Assembly: GCA_016181305.1 (NCBI GenBank)
Contig: JACOZN010000010.1
Coordinates: 149,426-213,425 of the forward strand
Length of the DNA: 64,000 nt
From: Candidatus Woesearchaeota archaeon
Lineage (GTDB): Archaea > Nanobdellota > Nanobdellia > Woesearchaeales > GW2011-AR4
Direction: 5' to 3'
The stretch's first letter is position 1; every line of letters begins with the position of its first letter. Below the pieces are notes generated by a model. It worked only from the letters and a program-made list of their open reading frames with translations, made no database searches and was not told the origin of the DNA. The translations under genes and the position numbers were made by a program. Positions 56,258 through 64,000 of the stretch are shown here, one piece after another.

Positions 56258-58696
56258 ATGCCTAAACTTATTAAATTACTGCGGATTTCATTGGCATTTA
56301 TGATATTTCTCTCGTTGTTACTCCAGGTTTATGCAGAATCAACTCCACCACCGCCCCCGCCTCCATGCACTATACAAAGCGCAGGCTGTTATAAGAGAGG
56401 GGATGTCAAAGCAGACTTTGGCGAGCTATCACCATCAGATTTTAACTATTTCCTTCCTGAAAACAAGTGCAAAAGAGAAGGCAGCTGCGATTGCAGGGGC
56501 GTCCCCGACAACATAGCAGTTGAAAATGATCCTGACGGCTCAGGTGGAGCTTGCACGTGCATTGCAGGAACAGACTGGAATGCAAAGGCAAGATGCTGCG
56601 GAGATGATGAAGATGACTGCGGCAAAATAAGCTCAGGCATTCTCTGCAATATAAATGCAAATGCGGAATCCTCGCAATGGATATCCTCCGAGCCAAGCTT
56701 GGGCGATATAAGGTATGTGGGGTGCACCAAGGCAGAGTACTTGTCTGACGGGAATACATGGACCAAATGCGACGGGACTTTCTGGAGAAAAGCAGTCGGC
56801 GGGAATGAATACATCTGCATTGGGAAGGGGAGAGAATCAATAGTGGAGTGCTATGGCGACGGCTCCCCAAAATCAAGGGTGGACGGCAAAAGGCTTTCAA
56901 CCGGGCAGTCTGTGAGCCCTGAAGATTTTCCAAACGAGCCTACTGCCAGGGAAGAGTGTGATACAATAACAAAAATATGCGGGAAAATTGACAATTGCGA
57001 CGGGGAATCATTTGCCCAAGAAGATTGCATATTAAGCAATGCACAGACGCCGTCTGGAGGCCCGGTATTTAACTGCAAAAAAACAGTATGCAAAATTGTT
57101 ACAGTTCCAACCCCGCCAATAGCAGACACGAAAACTTATTACTGCAGAAAAGACAAGAAGCTTGTCACGGATTTGGATGTTCCCAACCCAAAAATAAATG
57201 ACAAAACTCTTATAGCAAACAGCAAGGCAACCTGCGAAAAGGCAGAGCTGAGATGGACAGGCACAAAATGCTGCAGCGAAGACGACGATGAAAACGAGTT
57301 CTATAACGACCCAAATGAAGACGGAGGCTGCTGGGACAAGAATGCCGTGATAAGTGTAAACTTTGTCGAGGGCACTGGCGATTCTGTGGTTAATTATAAG
57401 GGAGAGTTCCATGGGTGCGCAATCGAGGAGTCAAACTTCAACAAGGATAATGACAAGCTTTTGGAAATCGTAGACACGCATACAGGGGGGTCATTGGTAA
57501 CGGACAATGAATATTGCACTACTGACACTGACAACAAAAATTATTGCTCTTACACCGAGAAATGGCTGCCGACAGAAGGCGCTGACAGGACGCATTTGAG
57601 CTTCGCGCCTGTTCAAAATCCCAAGCAAAAAGGAGAATGCTGCGCAAAAGACGAGTGCTGGGACGGCGAAAAATGCACTGCAAACCAAAAGGACAATCCA
57701 TTGTCACAGCCGATAAACGGCTCAAGATGCATTGAAGGGGAATGGACGCAGTCTGGTTTAAAACCCACGCCTGACGGGGAAACAGCAGGGTACTGCCCTA
57801 AGGCTACACAATGCCTTGCGAAGCCTTCCGGACAAACCAGCTGCATAGAACCAAGCGAATACACAGAAGACAATTATTGCGAGAGCGGCGAGTGGTCCAC
57901 AAGGACAAAACTGATTGGATTAAAGCTGCTTGAGATGAAAAGCGGGGACTATACGCTGCTGTGCGATTCAAGGGAAAACGCGCTTAACAACCTGCAGTAC
58001 CTGACAAGCTCAAATGACGCCATAGCCAACGTGCTTAACAACCTGCAGACAAACAATTTCTGCGTCCTGAAAACAGGCAGCAAAATCATAACAGCAGCGT
58101 CAATAAACAAAAACATAGAGGAAGCACCGAGCAGCAGCCTGAACATATTCGGGGTTACAAGCTGCAACAATGCGCTCATAGACGATGGGCAGTACCATTC
58201 ATGCGACGGCACAAACAAGGTATGGTACAACAAAAGGCTGAAAAGCCTCATCTACAGCTCAACTGCAATAACAGTGCCACTGGGGCAGGCGCCCTTTGAG
58301 GAGGCGATATTCGGCCCCATAAACAGCATCATAAAATCCATACAAGACTTAATAGGCAAGGGGCCGTCAGGCGACGAGTCTTATGTAAACGCCTTCAAGA
58401 GGTTTGACAAGCTGTACATGTCACAGCAGGGAACCCAGTCCATAAAGGGCTCGATAGAGGGCAAGCTTAAATTCCCGTTTTTCAAGAACTCAGTCATAGA
58501 ATACAAGAATATTGATGCCGATATCTGCAGATTTGTAGGTCAGTACACGCAAGCCAAAGCAAAGGATGATTCATCAGGAATATCATGCAGAAAAGACGGC
58601 TCCAATTATTACATTCTTGCCCAGGGCAGCCAATCAACAAGCATTAACCCGGAAGCAATATGGCTGGATTTGACGTCAAAGCTCAGATTAAAATGA
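56258..58696 (+). CDS. Secreted Cys-rich surface protein (812 aa)
   Basis: Sec-type signal peptide, poly-Pro, repeated W...CC.DD motifs, many Cys; GGAG SD. Confidence 0.8.
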   Translation: MPKLIKLLRISLAFMIFLSLLLQVYAESTPPPPPPPCTIQSAGCYKRGDVKADFGELSPSDFNYFLPENKCKREGSCDCRGVPDNIAVENDPDGSGGACTCIAGTDWNAKARCCGDDEDDCGKISSGILCNINANAESSQWISSEPSLGDIRYVGCTKAEYLSDGNTWTKCDGTFWRKAVGGNEYICIGKGRESIVECYGDGSPKSRVDGKRLSTGQSVSPEDFPNEPTAREECDTITKICGKIDNCDGESFAQEDCILSNAQTPSGGPVFNCKKTVCKIVTVPTPPIADTKTYYCRKDKKLVTDLDVPNPKINDKTLIANSKATCEKAELRWTGTKCCSEDDDENEFYNDPNEDGGCWDKNAVISVNFVEGTGDSVVNYKGEFHGCAIEESNFNKDNDKLLEIVDTHTGGSLVTDNEYCTTDTDNKNYCSYTEKWLPTEGADRTHLSFAPVQNPKQKGECCAKDECWDGEKCTANQKDNPLSQPINGSRCIEGEWTQSGLKPTPDGETAGYCPKATQCLAKPSGQTSCIEPSEYTEDNYCESGEWSTRTKLIGLKLLEMKSGDYTLLCDSRENALNNLQYLTSSNDAIANVLNNLQTNNFCVLKTGSKIITAASINKNIEEAPSSSLNIFGVTSCNNALIDDGQYHSCDGTNKVWYNKRLKSLIYSSTAITVPLGQAPFEEAIFGPINSIIKSIQDLIGKGPSGDESYVNAFKRFDKLYMSQQGTQSIKGSIEGKLKFPFFKNSVIEYKNIDADICRFVGQYTQAKAKDDSSGISCRKDGSNYYILAQGSQSTSINPEAIWLDLTSKLRLK

Positions 58697-59898
58697 AAAA
58701 GTCAAAGTCGCAGATTACAATGCTCATGATAGTCGGCTTGGTGCTTTTCATCATTGTAAGCCTTGTCCTCTACCTTGCCAAGTCTTCAGTCAAGAAACAA
58801 AGCCAGCAGGCGACAAAAAAATCGCACGAGACGGCGATAGAGCTGCAGCCAATCAGGGAATTTGTGGATAAATGCCTTGACAGGACTGCAAAAGACGCTG
58901 TTGTGCTGCTGGGCAGGCAAGGCGGCTACATATATTCAAGCCAGGGCGGCACTTTGATTGACTATGCAAAAACTCACGAGGGGCTGTTTTTTATCAGGCA
59001 TGAAAATCTTAACGTGGCTTACAACATAATGCCTCCAAAATTCCCTGCACCCCCTTACGCCTCTGACGCTCCTGAATACCCGTGGAAGGCATTCCCTTAC
59101 GAGACAGAAACATCAAATGCGGAAATTTACAGGGGATTTTTCGGCACGAGCAGCCTGCCGCCGCTCAACTCATCAGAAGGGCCGAACTCAATGCAGGTGC
59201 AGATAGAGTCTTTCATCAACCGCAACATGGCAAAATGCCTGGATTTCGGCATTTTCAGGGAGCAGGGCATGGAAATTGAGCCAAAAGAGGCAAACACATC
59301 AGTTATAATAGGGGTTGGAGGGGTCAGCGTAAAGGCAAAGATGCCTATAACCATAAGCAATCCGTCATCAAATGAATTCCTTGAGATTAGCGATTTCTCA
59401 GCCACCCTTGACATAAGGCTTAGGGAGCTTCACCTTTTCGTCAGTGATTTAATCAGCGAGGACATAAAAAATATCAAATTCGACATTGGAAATGCCAACA
59501 ACAGCCAAAATTCCTTCAGGGTGAAAACTGCCAGAGGTGTATTTTCCAATGATGATATGGTAACAGTTACAGACGAAAAATCGCTCGTTTACGGGAACCT
59601 TTACGAATACAAATTTTCAAGAAGAAACAGGGCGCCTGCGCTTCATTACATAAGGCCGCATTCCTTCACTTTTCCGCAGGGCTACCAAATAAATGAAACT
59701 GATTTGCTGCAGAACAAGCAGCTTAAAGCGTACGATCCTGACGAGGACAACTATACGTTCACAATATACGACAGCGAGTTGGGAAAGGGCGCTGCTGAGT
59801 TTCCAGAGACACTTGACTCACCGCAAATGAAATTCAGGGTGGAGGTCAGCGACGGCAAGCTCAGGGACTACCAGATATTGACAGTCAACAGGGAATAA
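58693..59898 (+). CDS. Class III signal peptide (pilin-like) protein with C-terminal cadherin/Ig-like segment
   Basis: MKKSKSQ-ITMLMIVGLVLFIIVSLVLYL; ATGA overlap with upstream gene; NRAP..A.DPDED..F...VSDG end. Confidence 0.78.
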   Translation: MKKSKSQITMLMIVGLVLFIIVSLVLYLAKSSVKKQSQQATKKSHETAIELQPIREFVDKCLDRTAKDAVVLLGRQGGYIYSSQGGTLIDYAKTHEGLFFIRHENLNVAYNIMPPKFPAPPYASDAPEYPWKAFPYETETSNAEIYRGFFGTSSLPPLNSSEGPNSMQVQIESFINRNMAKCLDFGIFREQGMEIEPKEANTSVIIGVGGVSVKAKMPITISNPSSNEFLEISDFSATLDIRLRELHLFVSDLISEDIKNIKFDIGNANNSQNSFRVKTARGVFSNDDMVTVTDEKSLVYGNLYEYKFSRRNRAPALHYIRPHSFTFPQGYQINETDLLQNKQLKAYDPDEDNYTFTIYDSELGKGAAEFPETLDSPQMKFRVEVSDGKLRDYQILTVNRE

Positions 59899-59902
59899 TA
59901 GT

Positions 59903-62900
59903 ATGAAAAAAGAGGCAATTATCTTGATTTTGGTATTGGGGATATTATTCTCTATAAATACATCTGCTGACGACGGATGCTGCATAAACCCAACGAGCTC
60001 TTTGGCATGCTCAACAGAAGCATTTTCATCAAGGGATGTTAACTGCTGCCCTCCCCAGGCAAGCTCTCCCCAGTATTACAAGTCAGCCCAGAACCCAAAC
60101 AATCCGGCAGATTATGCCGACTGCGCAGCAAATTTCTTTTTCAACAACACGGACTGCGGGCTTGTTGACGCGTGCAAATCCACTGGATGCTGCTGCTCCC
60201 AGTTCAGCTGGAAAATTACATCTGAACCGGAATGCAAAGGCACCGGGCAGACATTCCACAAGGGCGAAACTGACTGCAACCAGATATGCGCAATCCCGCA
60301 GTGCAGCGACGGCATAGACAATGACAACAATGATTGCACAGATTATAGCGGCGGAGATACAGGCTGCTTCGGGGCTGAGGACACGCTTGAGGACGGCGGC
60401 ACATGCTCCGGGCAGGTTACAGGCTGCAACAACCCAAATTATGCGCCGAAGCTTACAAACCTTGAAATAACCCCTGTAAAAGGCGAGAGAAAATTCCTGC
60501 TGAAATGGCAGGATGAGTGCAGCGAGAATTCCGCATTTTACGAAGTTTCAAGGTGCACAGGCGCAGGCTGCACTAATTTTGCGCTGGTGGCTGCCACAAA
60601 TACAAACTCATTTGAGGATGTGTCAGGAGATTTGCTGTTTGACACAACCTACACATACCATGTTAAGGCAAGGTACAATCTGCAGACAGCCACCCCTTCA
60701 ATAACACAAAAAGCAAATCTCGGCAACATAGAGTGCTGGAGCCAATTCTCTTCAGACAATTTCTGCATTCACGAGCCGTACTACACAAAATACCAGAATT
60801 ACCTTGTGCTTAATTTTCCTGATTCGTTCAAAAATTTTGCAGAGGGAGTAAAGAGCAGGTTTGAAACCAGGTTCAACAAGGCGTATTCATGCGACTCATT
60901 CAACAAGCTTACAGAGCCAAAAATCTCATGCCCCTCCCCCAACCAAATCTGCATCATCAGCAACAATGCGGCTTCATGCCTTCCAAAGTCCAGCTGCAAG
61001 CCAGCCACCAGCAACCCGTTTGGGATGTTCTACACGCTGGAATCCTGCGAAAGCAACAATTACTGCTTTTATGACAGGTCGCATTCAACCGTGGATTCGT
61101 GCTTTGGCTGCGAGCCGTCAATGTCATGCTATGACTACAGGACAGAAGGGGCGTGCGATAGGGATAACTGCAATGTTGGCAGCTGCAGGTGGAAAAACCT
61201 GGAAAGCCAGATAGGAATCGGGGTGTGTGTAAGCACTGTCCAGCAGAACTGCCAGTGGTGCGAGAGCAGGGGCACAAAAGCGCTTGAAAACCTGAGGGCG
61301 TTCAACGAGATTTTCGACTTCTGCACGCAGGAAAAATCCGATGCGCTGTCAGAGGGCGCATTCAGGTGCTATTTCAGCAAAGCCCGCTCCAAAAGCTGCG
61401 ACAGCATCGTGTGCACTGATTACGAAACAAGCCAGTGCGGCACTGCAACACACGATATAAACAACATAATAACAAACACCATACAGGACGAGTGCAGCCT
61501 GAAAGTATGCCAAAATTTCAACGGCAGATGCGCCAAGAACTCAGATGGCGACAACAAGGCTGACTGCACAACTGCAATATGCGAAAATGACTACTTTGCC
61601 CCGAACACCACATTGCTGTCTGTAATAAAAAAAGGCGTTACTGAAAACCTGATAGTGCAGATATACGATAAGTCAGGTGTAAACAGCTCCCCGGTATTGA
61701 AGACGTCAAAGGATTATTCCACTTTCCTGTGCATTGAGCCGTGCGGCTCGCAAGGGCACCCGTATGAAACTTCCACAACAAGCAGGATGATAGTCATAAG
61801 CAACCTTAACGCCTATGACAGCGACACGAAAAGCAAACTGCTGGCATTCAGGGAAGGCACAAACACGGTGAGGTATTATTCCCAGGATCCCTCAAGAAAC
61901 ATAGGGGAAGTTAAAGAAATAAGCATAGAGGTTTACGGAAATACCACAGGGCCAAGGGTGTTTGCAGTCAATGTCAGCGACGGCGCAAAAGTGCTTGACA
62001 GGATTTATACAAGCAACCAGAAGCCCACCATAGAAGCCCAGTTTTACGAGCCTGCAACAGTCACATTTGCCAGACTGGTGGGCAGGAATACCTCCAGAAC
62101 AGCAGTTTCCTTCCAGCCCAAAACAGAGCTCAGCGACAAAGCAATTTTCCAGGTTGTAAATACACTGCCAAATGGGGAATATATATTTGAATTAAACGCC
62201 AAGAACGAGAAGAACATCCCAATGGACCCGCCGTTGGCGCAGATTATTGTAATTGACAACGCAAAGCCCACGCTTGCCATAGAGCCTGCAAACGGAACTG
62301 TAGTCAACAAGTCATCAGTGCCTGTCAGGCTGGCATTCGACAAGGAGATGGATAAAAACTCCCTGTCAGTAAAATTGAATTCTGAGGAGATAAAAGACAA
62401 GTTTGCCACAACAAACAACAAGGTGTTTGACGCGGCTATAAATATGCAGGACGGCAGCAAGAGGCTAGATGTTGAGGCAAAAGACTATTCCAAGAATTTT
62501 GTGCAAAAGAACGTGCAATTTGCTGTAGACGCAAACCCAACCTTAATAAGCCTGTCAAAGCCCAAGTTCGGCATATCGCCAAAGTACACATTTGACATTG
62601 CCGCCGAGACAGACAATGATGCAGAGTGCAGGTATTCTCTGGACACACTTTACGAATACAGTCTCATGGAAAAATTCGCAGTGTCAGGAGGCATATCCCA
62701 CAGTACTTCAAACTTCAACAAGATAGCCAGCGGCGACACTGGAGTGCATAAGCTGCATGTCAAGTGCAAAGACAGGAGAGGAGAGGCATTAAAATCCTTT
62801 GACATAAGTGTTGACCCGTCGCCGCCTGTGATTAAAAGCGCTTTTGCATATCCAAATCCTGTGATTGAGGAGCCGCCACTTACTGCACTGACTGTAGAAT

Positions 62901-64000
62901 CAGACGAGCCTGTTATATGCAAATTCAGCAGCCAGGCAAAGCAGTTCGATGCCATGGAAGGCAAGTTCGAGGGCTTTGACAACAATACATTTAAGGTGAT
63001 AAACAAGCAGCAGGTTGCATTGGGGGGGGAAGGAACCCGCATATATTATACAGCATGCAAAAACAAGGCTGACCTCCAGTCAGCAACAGGCAACATATCG
63101 GTAGCTGTCAATTTCACAATCGCCATGGACATAACATCACATACCCCTGAGTTCTTCAACTCGACAAATGCGGTGCTGGCTGTCGAGACAAACAAGAATG
63201 CGCAGTGCCAATTTTCAGAGACAGATACAACAGCAAGAAGCGGCGAGCTGTTTGGGCCGCAGGGCTATGCGCATACAAAAAATGTAATTTCAACACATGG
63301 CAGACACACATTTTATGTTGTATGCAAGGACACAAAAGGTTACTCCGACGTAAAAACAATCAGCTTTGTTGTGGACTTGACAAAGCCATTGATGCTTTTC
63401 GTCAATGACTCCTATGATGGCAAGGAAAAGACATGCCTGACAGACAGGCTCAGGGTCAAATGGCTTGGCAAAGATGATGATTCCGGAATAAGAGAGTATG
63501 TATATTCCATAATTAAAAAAGCGAATAACCAGCAAATTATGAGCATGGCAAGAAGCTTTATCGGAGGCGAATGGCTGTGGGTAGAGAACCTGAGCCTGGA
63601 GGACAATACAAACTACTATTTCAGGGCAATCGCAAAAAACCATGTCGGTTTGGAAAGTGACTTCAAGGAAAGCAACGGCATAACAACAGACACATTGTCC
63701 TGCAGGCCCAAGCCGGTCTGCAACGATGGCATGATAAACCAGCCAGGCGAGGAATGCGACTTGGGGGCATTCGGCTCCATAAACCGCTGCACACAATATA
63801 CAAACTTCATAGGCGGCACTTTGAAGTGTGCATCAGACTGCAGGCTTGATCCGTCGGAGTGCGTAAAAGCGCCTTCATGCGGCAACAGCGCAATTGACAC
63901 TGGAGAAGCCTGCGACGGCACAAGCTTCGGCAGGATAAAAACATGCTCAGACTACAGCCCCTCGCTTACAGGAGGAAACCTCAAATGCACTTCATGCCAG
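59903..64000 (+). CDS. Giant secreted multi-domain surface protein, truncated by window edge (>1366 aa)
   Basis: Not in ORF track. Manual translation from ATG 59903 (MKKEAIILILVLGILFSINTSADDGCC...) is open to base 64000; CSDGIDND, FN3/Ig-like repeats, C.(D/N)G.I..GE.CD repeats. Confidence 0.85.
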   Translation, partial: MKKEAIILILVLGILFSINTSADDGCCINPTSSLACSTEAFSSRDVNCCPPQASSPQYYKSAQNPNNPADYADCAANFFFNNTDCGLVDACKSTGCCCSQFSWKITSEPECKGTGQTFHKGETDCNQICAIPQCSDGIDNDNNDCTDYSGGDTGCFGAEDTLEDGGTCSGQVTGCNNPNYAPKLTNLEITPVKGERKFLLKWQDECSENSAFYEVSRCTGAGCTNFALVAATNTNSFEDVSGDLLFDTTYTYHVKARYNLQTATPSITQKANLGNIECWSQFSSDNFCIHEPYYTKYQNYLVLNFPDSFKNFAEGVKSRFETRFNKAYSCDSFNKLTEPKISCPSPNQICIISNNAASCLPKSSCKPATSNPFGMFYTLESCESNNYCFYDRSHSTVDSCFGCEPSMSCYDYRTEGACDRDNCNVGSCRWKNLESQIGIGVCVSTVQQNCQWCESRGTKALENLRAFNEIFDFCTQEKSDALSEGAFRCYFSKARSKSCDSIVCTDYETSQCGTATHDINNIITNTIQDECSLKVCQNFNGRCAKNSDGDNKADCTTAICENDYFAPNTTLLSVIKKGVTENLIVQIYDKSGVNSSPVLKTSKDYSTFLCIEPCGSQGHPYETSTTSRMIVISNLNAYDSDTKSKLLAFREGTNTVRYYSQDPSRNIGEVKEISIEVYGNTTGPRVFAVNVSDGAKVLDRIYTSNQKPTIEAQFYEPATVTFARLVGRNTSRTAVSFQPKTELSDKAIFQVVNTLPNGEYIFELNAKNEKNIPMDPPLAQIIVIDNAKPTLAIEPANGTVVNKSSVPVRLAFDKEMDKNSLSVKLNSEEIKDKFATTNNKVFDAAINMQDGSKRLDVEAKDYSKNFVQKNVQFAVDANPTLISLSKPKFGISPKYTFDIAAETDNDAECRYSLDTLYEYSLMEKFAVSGGISHSTSNFNKIASGDTGVHKLHVKCKDRRGEALKSFDISVDPSPPVIKSAFAYPNPVIEEPPLTALTVESDEPVICKFSSQAKQFDAMEGKFEGFDNNTFKVINKQQVALGGEGTRIYYTACKNKADLQSATGNISVAVNFTIAMDITSHTPEFFNSTNAVLAVETNKNAQCQFSETDTTARSGELFGPQGYAHTKNVISTHGRHTFYVVCKDTKGYSDVKTISFVVDLTKPLMLFVNDSYDGKEKTCLTDRLRVKWLGKDDDSGIREYVYSIIKKANNQQIMSMARSFIGGEWLWVENLSLEDNTNYYFRAIAKNHVGLESDFKESNGITTDTLSCRPKPVCNDGMINQPGEECDLGAFGSINRCTQYTNFIGGTLKCASDCRLDPSECVKAPSCGNSAIDTGEACDGTSFGRIKTCSDYSPSLTGGNLKCTSCQ

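Noticed and set aside
60036-63921. Short ORFs listed across the last 4 kb
   Set aside because: Alternative-frame or antisense by-products of the single long frame starting at 59903.
1-64000. tRNA, rRNA, CRISPR array, IS element or integrase
   Set aside because: Intergenic gaps are short; I saw no T-loop/cloverleaf, repeat-spacer array, transposase or recombinase. Not confirmed with tRNAscan or similar tools.

Overview
Archaeal chromosomal window, most consistent with a DPANN lineage such as Woesearchaeota. This is inferred from PolD, aPelota, TBP, eL14/eL34 and KAQ/KSQ-type class III signal peptides, not from a database search. In order it holds: (i) pelota, acetyl-CoA synthetase and a TrmB regulator; (ii) chorismate mutase, split transketolase and transaldolase, then a complete bacterial-type shikimate/Phe/Tyr operon and PheST; (iii) the S10/spc-like ribosomal protein super-operon (minus strand); (iv) a candidate replication origin with three ORB-like boxes, followed by cdc6-DP1-DP2, with MCM, an RPA2-like gene and TBP nearby; (v) an AT-rich DUF5343-like + Swt1-like HEPN cassette; (vi) a SpeD / membrane SpeE / membrane acyltransferase operon; (vii) large Cys-rich surface proteins. 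The most striking observation is a 32-codon Phe/Tyr-rich leader ORF (10906-11004), below the ORF track cutoff, between a clear archaeal promoter and the aro operon, suggesting ribosome-mediated attenuation in an archaeon. Three candidate RNA leaders/hairpins lie in the ribosomal operon. Many ORF-track starts were shortened to better-supported ones. Two genes truncated by the window edges are missing from the track (1-600 minus, 59903-64000 plus). I saw no tRNA, rRNA, CRISPR array, transposase, integrase or intein. All family assignments are from motif recognition by eye.
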